Made by a program: the position numbers and the translations under genes. DNA of 64,000 nucleotides from Nemertoderma westbladi (taxonomy: Eukaryota; Animalia; Xenacoelomorpha): NCBI GenBank assembly GCA_032718475.1, contig JAUCBJ010003098.1, positions 4,988 through 68,987 on the forward strand, written 5' to 3'. The notes beneath the pieces were generated by a model. The model searched no databases and had not been told where the DNA came from. It saw only the letters and a list, made by a program, of their open reading frames with translations. This document shows positions 45,493 through 57,434 of this stretch, piece by piece. Each line of letters starts with the position of its first letter. Positions within the stretch are counted from its first letter, which is position 1.

Positions 45493-46037
45493 AAAATAAT
45501 TCAACCCTAAGTCCTGTCGGTCATATGAGGCTGCTACTATGTAGCCTACTATAGACTTACAGTCTTCTTTCTTATCAAATATATTCTTTCGAATTTTTGA
45601 TAATAATATTAAATGCTTCAAGAGTTAAATTATTCCTTATAAACGATTTTATTTTTAAATTGTTACTATTTCGATCGAATATACCTCATAATGGGATCAA
45701 TAGGATTGCATTGATTTCACTTTTTTCCCGGTGGAAAAAGGTCGAATAAAATATTCTTTGTGGAATTTCTTAAATCTAAGTAAAATAGGTTTGCAAGTAA
45801 TTGTCTGTAATTGTAATTGTTTGAAAATGTCTGTAAAGCGAACTCCAAAACGGAACTCAATATCCAATATTGGTTTATGTAGTTAAGCGGCTCTCTAGTT
45901 ACGTAATAAATATTCGAGAACACTAAAGCATGCATCGAGAATAGTGAATAAAAGTTATACTTTTTTCCCATGTAATAAATAATAATATTTTTGTTATTTA
46001 TACTTTAATTAACGTTGAATTGCCGTTATGATTTTAG

Positions 46038-47164
46038 GTCTTGAAAGAAATAACGAGAGAAATAAAAGCCTTCTCTACGAGAAACAGATGGAAGATTTAT
46101 TGGGAAGTGTTAAACGTTTAGAGAACGAGAGAGCGAAGTCGCAACTGGAGTTGGAATCGCGTCCGAGGATAAAGGACTTCCGGATGTACCAACAGCGAGT
46201 CCGGAAGCTCGAGAAACTGTTGGAACGGCACAACATCCGAGTTCCGCCGACCGAGGAGCCGCTCAACGCCGTGGCTCGAAGGGAGATAGACGGGAGTTCG
46301 ACTCGGGAGGACATAGAGTTCATGGCGCCGGAGTTAGCGCGATCGACGTTGGTGGAAGTCGCCAAGATCCTCGACGCCAAGTCGGCGCGCGGCGTCGTTA
46401 AGGCGGCGCGCGGCCGCGCGGATACTCGGGAAAGATTGCGCGCCGCCGAGGAGTTCATAGAGTCGGTGGTGGAGCTGGTCGGGTTGGACGGGAGTAAACG
46501 GCACGAACCGCTGTGCGAGCGAACCCAACGGCAGGTCCTGCGGACGTTGGACGACCGGCTGTCGCAACTGCGACTCCTAGACGACCTCCGTAGCGCGGTG
46601 AACCAACTGGTCGCGGTAATCCTACCGGACAACCCGCCCGTAGAGAAGGAGACCTCCGTCGGTGAGATAAACTGTTACCTGGACTCCCTACGGAGACACA
46701 TAGCGAAGCAACAGAACGCCTCTAGCGGCCCCAACCCGCACACACTACAGTCTATAGTGTCCCACTTCCAGCAACTGTTTGAGTGTAAGTCGTTGGAGGG
46801 GGTCTTCCCGCGAATGAACGAGGTTTACACCCGACTCGAGGAGGTTAACAACGTGATGCGGAACCTCAAGGATATCGCCTGTCTGGACCAGCACTGCCAC
46901 TCCACCGAGGTGGTCCACGCGCTCAAGGGGATAGTCGAGTCCTACAACGACACCACCAGCGAACAGTTGAGGAAGATACTCGAGTCGGACGATCTCCAGG
47001 ATATAATGAGGAAGGTGGAAGTCCACGACGAGTTCTTCCAGCCGTTCTCCCATCTAATCACAGACCTAATGGAACTCCTAGACATTCATTCCATCGAGGA
47101 TGTTTTACCGGCGGTTAGCGAGTTAAAACGCCTCGAACTCGGCGACTCGCAGTCCCAAAGCTAG
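46038..47164 (+). CDS. CEP70: Centrosomal protein of 70 kDa, terminal coding exon
   Basis: C-terminus IVSHFQQLFECKSLEGVFPRMNEVYTRLEEVNN...HDEFFQPFSHLITDLMELLDIHSIEDVLPAV matches the CEP70 C-terminal motif as I recall it. Coiled-coil N-part. Acceptor attttag| at 46037. Confidence 0.85.
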
Positions 47165-50100
47165 TTGAGTTAATTATTAGATTCTCCGACACTCAGTAAC
47201 TTATTTAAGTGAGTTATTAGATTGTCCGACACTCGGTAACTTATTTAAGTGAGTTATTAGATTGTCCGACACTCGGTAACTCAGTTAAGTGAGTTATTAG
47301 ATTGTCCGACGCTCGGTAACTTAGTTAAGTGAGTTATTAGATTCTCCGACGCTCGGTAACTTAGTGAAGTGAGTTATTAGATTCTCCGACGCTCGGTAAC
47401 TATAATTAGTGAGTTATTAGATTGTCCGACGCTCCGTAACTTAGTTAAGTGAGTTATTAGATTGTCCGACACTCGGTAACTATAGTTAAGTGAGTTATTA
47501 GATTGTCCGACGCTCGGTAACTATAGTTAAGTGAGTTATTAGATTGTCCGACGCTCGGTAACTTAGTTAAGTGAGTTATTAGATTGTCCGACACTCGGTA
47601 ACTTAGTTAAGTGAGTTATTAGATTGTCCGACGCTCCGTAACTTAGTTAAGTGAGTTATTAGATTGTCCGACACTCGGTAACTTAGTGAAGTGAGTTATT
47701 AGATTGTCCGACGCTCCGTAACTTAGTTAAGTGAGTTATCATATTGTCCGACACTCGTTAACTATAGTTAGTTAGTTATTAGATTGTCCGACGCTCGGTA
47801 ACTTAGTTAAGTGAGTTATTAGATTTTCCGACGCTCCGTAACTATAGTTAAGTGAGTTATTAGATTGTCCGACGCTCGGTAACTTAGTTAAGTGAGTTAT
47901 TAGATTGTCCGACATTCGGTAACTATAGTTAGTTAGTTATTAGATTGTCCGGCGCTCCGTAACTATAGTTAAGTGAGTTATTAGATTGTCCGACACTCGG
48001 TAACTTAGTTAAGTGAGTTATTAGATTGTCCGACACTCGGTAACTATAGTTAAGTGAATTATTAGATTGTCCGACGCTCGATAACTTAGTTAAGTGAGTT
48101 ATTAGATTGTCCGACACTCGGTAACTATAGTTAGTGAGTTATTAGATTGTCCGACACTCGGTAACTATAGTTAAGTGAGTTATTAGATTGTCCGACGCTC
48201 CGTAACTTAGTTAAGTGAGTTATTAGATTGTCCGACACTCGGTAACTTAGTTAAGTGAGTTATTAGATTGTCCGACACTCGGTAACTATAGTTAAGTGAA
48301 TTATTAGATTGTCCGACACTCGGTAACTTAGTTAAGTGAGTTATTAGATTGTCCGACGCTCCGTAACTATAGTGAAGTGAGTTATTAGATTGTCCGACGC
48401 TCGGTAACTATAGTTAAGTGAGTTATTAGATTGTCCGACGCTCCGTAACTTAGTTAAGTGAGTTATTAGATTGTCCGACACTCGGTAACTATAGTTAGTG
48501 AGTTATTAGATTGTCCGACACTCGGTAACTATAGTTAAGTGAGTTATTAGATTGTCCGACGCTCCGTAACTTAGTTAAGTGAGTTATTAGATTGTCCGAC
48601 ACTCGGTAACTTAGTTAAGTGAGTTATTAGATTGTCCGACACTCGGTAACTATAGTTAAGTGAATTATTAGATTGTCCGACGCTCGATAACTTAGTTAAG
48701 TGAGTTATCAGATTGTCCGACACTCGGTAACTATAGTTAGTTAGTTATTAGATTGTCCGACACTCGGTAACTATAGTTAAGTGAGTTATTAGATTGTCCG
48801 ACGCTCCGTAACTATAGTTAAGTGAGTTATTAGATTGTCCGACGCTCGGTAACTTAGTGAAGTGAGTTATTAGATTGTCCGACACTCGGTAACTATAGTT
48901 AAGTGAGTTATTAGATTGTCCGACACTCGGTAACATAGATAAGTGAGTTATTAGATTGTCCGACGCTCGGTAACTTAGTGAAGTGAGTTATTAGATTGTC
49001 CGACACTCGGTAACTATAGTTAGTTAGTTATTAGATTGTCAGACACTCGGTAACTATAGTTAAGTGAGTTATTAGATTGACCGACACTCGGTAACTATAG
49101 TTAGTGAGTTATTAGATTGTCCGACGCTCGATAACTTAGTTAAGTGAGTTATCAGATTGTCCGACACTCGGTAACTATAGTTAGTTAGTTATTAGATTGT
49201 CCGACACTCGGTAACTATAGTTAGTTAGTTATTAGATTGTCCGACACTCGGTAACTATAGTTAGTTAGTTATTAGATTGTCCGACACTCGGTAACTTAGT
49301 TAAGTGAGTTATTAGATTGTCCGACGCTCCGTAACTATAGTTAAGTGAGTTATTAGATTGTCCGACGCTCGGTAACTTAGTGAAGTGAGTTATTAGATTG
49401 TCCGACGCTCGATAACTTAGTTAAGTGAGTTATCAGATTGTCCGACACTCGGTAACTATAGTTAGTTAGTTATTAGATTGTCCGACACTCGGTAACTATA
49501 GTTAGTTAGTTATTAGATTGTCCGACACTCGGTAACTATAGTTAGTTAGTTATTAGATTGTCCGACACTCGGTAACTTAGTTAAGTGAGTTATTAGATTG
49601 TCCGACACTCGGTAACTATAGTTAGTTAGTTATTAGATTGTCCGACACTCGGTAACTATAGTTAGTTAGTTATTAGATTGTCCGACACTCGGTAACTATA
49701 GTTAGTTAGTTATTAGATTGTCCGACACTCGGTAACTATAGTTAGTTAGTTATTAGATTGTCCGACGCTCCGTAACTATAGTTAAGTGAGTTATTAGATT
49801 GTCCGACACTCGGTAACTATAGTTAGTTAGTTATTAGATTGTCCGACACTCGGTAACTATAGTTAGTTAGTTATTAGATTGTCCGACACTCGGTAACTTA
49901 GTTAAGTGAGTCATTAGATTGTCCGACACTCGGTAACTATAGTTAGTTAGTTATTAGATTGTCCGACACTCGGTAACTATAGTTAGTTAGTTATTAGATT
50001 GTCCGACACTCGGTAACTATAGTTAGTTAGTTATTAGATTGTCCGACACTCGGTAACTTAGTTAAGTGAGTTATTAGATTGTCCGACACTCGGTAACTAT

Positions 50101-53100
50101 AGTTAGTTAGTTATTAGATTGTCCGACACTCGGTAACTTAGTTAAGTGAGTTATTAGATTGTCCGACACTCGGTAACTATAGTTAAGTGAGTTATTAGAT
50201 TGTCCGACGCTCCGTAACTATAGTTAGTTAGTTATTAGATTGTCCGACACTCAGTAACTATAGTTAAGTGAGTTATTAGATTGTCCGACACTCGGTAACT
50301 ATAGTTAGTTAGTTATTAGATTGTCCGACACTCGGTAACTATAGTTAAGTGAGTTATTAGATTGTCCGACGCTCCGTAACTATAGTTAAGTGAGTTATTA
50401 GATTGTCCGACACTCGGTAACTATAGTTAGTTAGTTATTAGATTGTCCGACACTCGGTAACTTAGTTAAGTGAGTTATTAGATTGTCCGACACTCGGTAA
50501 CTATAGTTAAGTGAGTTATTAGATTGTCCGACGCTCCGTAACTATAGTTAATTAGTTATTAGATTGTGCGACACTCAGTAACTATAGTTAAGTGAGTTAT
50601 TATATTGTCCGACACTCGGTAACTATAGTTAGTTAGTTATTAGATTGTCCGACGCTCCGTAACTATAGTTAAGTGAATTATTAGATTGTCCGACGCTCGA
50701 TAACTTAGTTAAGTGAGTTATCAGATTGTCCGACACTCGGTAACTATAGTTAGTTAGTTATTAGATTGTCCGACACTCGGTAACTATAGTTAGTTAGTTA
50801 TTAGATTGTCCGACACTCGGTAACTATAGTTAGTTAGTTATTAGATTGTCCGACGCTCCGTAACTATAGTTAAGTGAGTTATTAGATTGTCCGACACTCG
50901 GTAACTATAGTTAGTTAGTTATTAGATTGTCCGACACTCGGTAACTATAGTTAGTTAGTTATTAGATTGTCCGACACTCGGTAACTTAGTTAAGTGAGTC
51001 ATTAGATTGTCCGACACTCGCTAACTATAGTTAGTTAGTTATTAGATTGTCCGACACACGGTAACTTAGTTAAGTGAGTTATTAGATTGTCCGACACTCG
51101 GTAACTATAGTTAAGTGAGTTATTAGATTGTCCGACGCTCCGTAACTATAGTTAGTTAGTTATTAGATTGTCCGACACTCAGTAAATATAGTTAAGTGAG
51201 TTATTAGATTGTCCGACACTCGGTAACTATAGTTAGTTAGTTATTAGATTGTCCGACACTCGGTAACTATAGTTAAGTGAGTTATTAGATTGTCCGACGC
51301 TCCGTAACTATAGTTAAGTGAGTTATTAGATTGTCCGACACTCGGTAACTATAGCTAGTTAGTTATTAGATTGTCCGACACTCGGTAACTTAGTTAAGTG
51401 AGTTATTAGATTGTCCGACACTCGGTAACTATAGTTAAGTGAGTTATTAGATTGTCCGACGCTCCGTAACTATAGTTAGTTAGTTATTAGATTGTCCGAC
51501 ACTCGGTAACTATAGTTAGTTAGTTATTAGATTGTCCGACACTCGGTAACTATAGTTAGTTAGTTATTAGATTGTCCGACACTCGGTAACTTAGTTAAGT
51601 GAGTTATTAGATTGTCCGACACTCGGTAACTATAGTTAGTTAGTTATTAGATTGTCCGACACTCAGTAACTATAGTTAAGTGAGTTATTAGATTGTCCGA
51701 CACTCGGTAACTATAGTTAGTTAGTTATTAGATTGTCCGACACTCGGTAACTATAGTTAGTTAGTTATTAGATTGTCCGACACTCGGTAACTTAGTTAAG
51801 TGAGTTATTAGATTGTCCGACACTCGGTAACTATAGTTAGTTAGTTATTAGATTGTCCGACGCTCCGTAACTTAGTTAAGCGAGTTATTCGATTGTCCGA
51901 CACTCAGTAACTATAGTTAAGTGAGTTATTAGATTGTCCGACGCTCCGTAACTATAGTTAGTTAGTTATTAGATTGTCCGTCACTCGGTAACTATAGTTA
52001 AGTGAGTTATTAGATTGTCCGACGCTCGGTAACTATAGTTAGTTAGTTATTAGATTGTCCGTCACTCGGTAACTATAGTTAAGTGAATTATTAGATTGTC
52101 CGACGCTCGGTAACTTATTTAAGTGAGTTATTAGATTGTCCGACACTCGGTAACTATAGTTAAGTGAGTTATCAGATTGTCCGACACTCGGTAACTATAG
52201 TTAGTTAGTTATTAGATTGTCCGACACTCGGTAACTATAGTTAAGTGAGTTATTAGATTGTCCGACGCTCCGTAACTATAGTTAAGTGAGTTATTAGATT
52301 GTCCGACACTCGGTAACTATAGTTAGTTAGTTATTAGATTGTCCGACGCTCCGTAACTTAGTTAAGCGAGTTAGTAGATTGTCCGTCACTCGGTAACTAT
52401 AGTTAAGTGAGTTATTAGATTGTCCGACACTCGGTAACTATAGTTAAGTGAATTATTAGATTGTCCGACGCTCGGTAACTTATTTAAGTGAGTTATTAGA
52501 TTGTCCGACACTCGGTAACTATAGTTAAGTGAGTTATCAGATTGTCCGACACTCGGTAACTATAGTTAGTTAGTTATTAGATTGTCCGACACTCGGTAAC
52601 TATAGTTAAGTGAGTTATTAGATTGTCCGACGCTCCGTAACTATAGTTAAGTGAGTTATTAGATTGTCCGACACTCGGTAACTATAGTTAGTTAGTTATT
52701 AGATTGTCCGACGCTCCGTAACTTAGTTAAGCGAGTTATTAGATTGTCCGACGCTCGGTAACTATAGTTAAGTGAGTTATTAGATTGTCCAAAACTCGGT
52801 AACTATAGTTAGTTAGTTATTAGATTGTCCGATGCTCCGTAACTTAGTTAAGCGAGTTATTAGATTGTCCGACGCTTGGTAACTATAGTTAAGTGAGTTA
52901 TTAGATTGTCCGACACTCGGTAACTATAGTTAGTTAGTTATTAGATTGTCCGACACTCGGTAACTATAGTTAAGTGAGTTATTAGATTGTCCGACACTCG
53001 GTAACTATAGTTAAGTGGGTTATTAGATTGTCCGACGCTCCGTAACTTAGTTAAGTAAGTTATTCGATTGTCCGACACTCGGTAACTATAGTTAGTTAGT

Positions 53101-56100
53101 TATTAGATTGTCCGACGCTCCGTAACTATAGTTAAGTGAGTTATTAGATTGTCCGACACTCGGTAACTTAGTTAAGTGAGTTATTAGATTGTCCGACGCT
53201 CCGTAACTATAGTTAAGTGAGTTATTAGATTGTCCGACGCTCGGTAACTTAGTTAAGTGAGTTATTCGATTGTCCGACACTCGGTAACTATAGTTAGTTA
53301 GTTATTAGATTGTCCGACGCTCCGTAACTATAGTTAAGTGAGTTATTAGATTGTCCGACACTCGGTAACTTAGTTAAGTGAGTTATTAGATTGTCCGACG
53401 CTCGGTAACTTAGTTAAGTGAGTTATTAGATTGTCCGACACTCGGTAACTATAGTTAGTTAGTTATTAGATTTTCCGACACTCGGTAACTATAGTTAAGT
53501 GAGTTATTAGATTGTCCGACACTCGGTAACTATAGTTAGTTAGTTATTAGATTGTCCGACACTCGGTAACTATAGTTAGTTAGTTATTAGATTGTCCGAC
53601 ACTCGGTAACTTAGTTAAGTGAGTTATTAGATTGTCCGACGCTCTGTAACTATAGTTCAGTGAGTTATTAGATTGTCCGACACTCGGTAACTATAGTTAA
53701 GTGAGTTATTAGATTGTCCGACACTCGGTAACTTAGTTAAGTGAGTTATTAGATTGTCCGACACTCAGTAACTATAGTTAGTTAGTTATTAGATTGTCCG
53801 ACACTCGGTAACTTAGTTAAGTGAGTTATTAGATTGTCCGACGCTCCGTAACATAGTTAAGTGAGTTATTAGATTGTCCGACACTCGGTAACTATAGTTA
53901 GTTAGTTATTCGATTGTCCGACACTCGGTAACTTAGTTAAGTGAGTTATTAGATTGTCCGACGCTCTGTAACTATAGTTAGTGAGTTATTAGATTGTCCG
54001 ACACGGTAACTATAGTTAAGTGAGTTATTAGATTGTCCGACACTCGGTAAATTAGTTAAGTGAGTTATTAGATTGTCCGACACTCAGTAACTATAGTTAG
54101 TTAGTTATTAGATTGTCCGACACTCGGTAACTATAGTTAAGTGAGTTATTAGATTGTCCGACGCTCCGTAACATAGTTAAGTGAGTTATTAGATTGTCCG
54201 ACACTCGCTAACTATAGTTAAGTGAATTATTAGATTGTCCGACGCCCGGTAACTTAGTTAAGTGAGTTATTAGATTGTCCGACGCTCGGTAACTATAGTT
54301 AAGTGAGTTATTAGATTGTCCGACACTCGGTAACTTAGTTAAGTGAGTTATTAGATTGTCCGACGCTCCGTAACATAGTTAAGTGAGTTATTATATTGTC
54401 CGACACTCGCTAACTATAGTTAAGTGAATTATTAGATTGTCCGACGCCCGGTAACTTAGTTAAGTGAGTTATTAGATTGTCCGACACTCGGTAACTATAG
54501 TTAGTTAGTTATTAGATTGTCCGACACTCGGTAACTATAGTTAGTTAGTTATTAGATTGTCCGACCCTCGGTAACTATAGTTAAGTGAGTTATTAAATTG
54601 TCCGACGCTCGGTAACTATAGTTAAGCGAGTTATTCGATTGTCCGACACTCGCTAACTATAGTTAAGTGAATTATTAGATTGTCCGACGCCCGGTAACTT
54701 AGTTAAGTGAGTTATTAGATTGTCCGACACTCGGTAACTATAGTTAGTGAGTTATCAGATTTTCCGACACTCGTTAACTATATTTAAGTGAGTTATTAGA
54801 TTGTCCGACACTCGGTAACTATAGTTAAGTGAATTATTAGATTGTCCGACACTCGGTAACTTAGTTAAGTGAGTTATTAGACTGTCCGCTACTCGGTAAC
54901 TATAGTTAGTGAGTTATTAGATTGTCCGACGCTCGGTAACTTAGTTAAGTGAGTTATTAAATTGTCCGACGCTCGGTAACTATAGTTAAGCGAGTTATTA
55001 GGTTGTCCGACACTCGGTAACTTAGTTAAGTAAGTTATTAAATTGTCCGCCGCTCGGTAACTATAGTTAAGCGAGTTATTAGATTGTCCGACACTCAGTA
55101 ACTATAGTTAAGTGAGTTATTAGATTGTCCGACGCTCGGTAACTATAGTTAAGTGAGTTTTTAAATTGTCCGACGCTCGGTAACTATAGTTAAGCGAGTT
55201 ATTAGATTGTGCGACACTCGGTAACTTATTTAAGTGAGTTATTAGATTGTGCGACACTCGGTAACTTATTTAAGTGAGTTATTAGTTTGGCCGACGCTCG
55301 GTAACTTAGTTAAGTGAGTTATCAGATTGTCCGACACTCAGTAACTATAGTTAAGTGAGTTATTAGATTGTCCGACGTTCGGTAACTATAGTTAAGTGAG
55401 TTATTAAATTGCCCGACGCTCGGTAACTATAGTTAAGCGAGTTATTAGATTGTGCGACACTCTGTAACTTATTTAAGTGAGTTATTAGTTTGTCCGACGC
55501 TCGGTAACTTAGTTAAGTGAGTTATCAGATTGTCCGACACTCAGTAACTATAGTTAAGTGAGTTATTAGATTGTCCGACGCTCGGTAACTTAGTTAAGTG
55601 AGTTATTAGATTGTCCGACCCTCGGTAACTTAGTGAAGTGAGTTATTAGATTGTCCGACACTCGGTAACTATAGTTAGTTAGTTATTAGATTGTCCGACG
55701 CTCCGTAACTTAGTTAAGTGAGTTATTAGATTGTCCGACACTCGGTAACTTAGTTAAGTGAGTTATTAGATTGTCCGACACTCGGGAACTTAGTTAAGCG
55801 AGTTATTAGATTGTGCGACACTCGGTAACTATAGTTAAGTAAGTTATTAAATTGTCCGCCGCTCGGTAACTATAGTTAAGCGAGTTATTAGATTGTCCGA
55901 CACTCAGTAACTATAGTTAAGTGAGTTATTAGATTGTCCGACGCTCGGTAACTATAGTTAAGTGAGTTATTAAATTGTCCGACGCTCCGTAACTTAGTTA
56001 AGTGAGTTATTAGACTCTCCGACGCTCGGTAACTTAGTGAAGTGAGTTATTAGATTGTCCGACGCTCGGTAACTATAGTTAAGTGAGTTATTAAATTGTC

Positions 56101-56717
56101 CGACGCTCGGTAACTTAGTTAAGTGAGTTATTAGATTGTCCGACACTCGGTAACTATAGTTAAGTGAGTTATTAGATTGTCCGACGCTCGGTAACTATAG
56201 TTAAGCGAGTTATTAGATTGTGCGACACTCGGTAACTTAGTTAAATGAGTTATTAGATTGTCCGACACTCGGTAACTATAGTTAAGTGAGTTATGAGATT
56301 GTCCGACGCTCGGTAACTATAGTTAAGCGAGTTATTAGATTGTGCGACACTCGGTAACTTAGTTAAATGAGTTATTAGATTGTCCGACACTCGGTAACTA
56401 TAGTTAAGTGAGTTATTAGATTGTCCGACGCTCGGTAACTTATTTAAGTGAGTTATTAGATTGTCCGACGCTCGGTAACTATAGTCAAGTGAGTTATTAG
56501 ATTGTCCGACGCTCGGTAACTTAGTTAAGTGAGTTATTAGATTGTCCGACGCTCGGTAACTTAGTTAAGTGAGTTATTAGATTGTCCGACGCTCGGTGAC
56601 TATAGTTAGTGAGTTATTAGATTGTCCGACATTCGGTAACTATAGTTAGTTAGTTATTAGATTGACCGACACTCGGTAACTATAGTTAGTGAGTTATTAG
56701 ATTGTCCGACACTCGAG
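47165..56717. repeat. 40/41-bp satellite array (~9.5 kb, ~235 copies)
   Basis: Unit gttattagattgtccgac(a/g)ctc(g/c)gtaact(a)tagtta(a)gt(g/t)a. Confidence 0.98.
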
Positions 56718-57055
56718 AACAGTGCCAACGGCCTATTTTTTATTACTTACTTTTGTATAGATTTCGTTATCAACTCAACAACTTGCCTAGCTATGCCGTC
56801 AGTACCGGTTCTACTTACAATCCTGATCTTTAATTTATTCTTCTATCTTGATATGAACTAGTTATACTAGATATACTGTGTATATATATGAGTGTACTTT
56901 TCTAACTGTATATATTATTATGTTTCACTTGGTTGTTTCACCTTCTTTCTATTGGGATGCTAAAAGGTTTGCAATCGAAATTATTCTCCAAATTTGTACT
57001 TTTATTGTGACATTTATAATTTACTCTCACACACCATAGGAGTGGTTTATGAGGT

Positions 57056-57160
57056 GGGCCGTTCATAAGTATGTCACGCACTAGGGGGATTCTAGCTTGC
57101 CTTTTGTGAAAGAGGGGGGGGGGGGGGGGGGGGGGTCGTCTTTTGTGACGGTCACGGCGA
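57056..57160. mobile_element. Possible MITE/DNA-transposon terminus with a poly-G tract
   Basis: gggccgttcataagtatgtcacgc...G22...ttttgtgacg resembles MITE ends. No partner TIR in the window. Confidence 0.3.
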
Positions 57161-57434
57161 TGTTATATGCTTTAATGTTAGCTTGACTTTGACTTAACAC
57201 ATTTGTAGATGAATGGGTAACTTTATGGGAAAACAATAAACTCAATACATTGTTAAAAATACATAATAAAACCGTACATGGCGCACCTGATGAATATTTA
57301 GCACCTCCCGCCATTGGGGAGGACATTAAAGCCATTGACCATTATTTTACTTGTTTATTTATATTTAACATTAAATATAACGGAATTCCATCAAGTTTAA
57401 TTTTTTCAACAAACACGCTAAGATTCAGCATGGG

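Noticed and set aside
45493-46000. Continuation of the Polinton beyond the LTR element
   Set aside because: No Polinton-like ORF or TSD. It looks like AT-rich intron or a decayed LINE tail.
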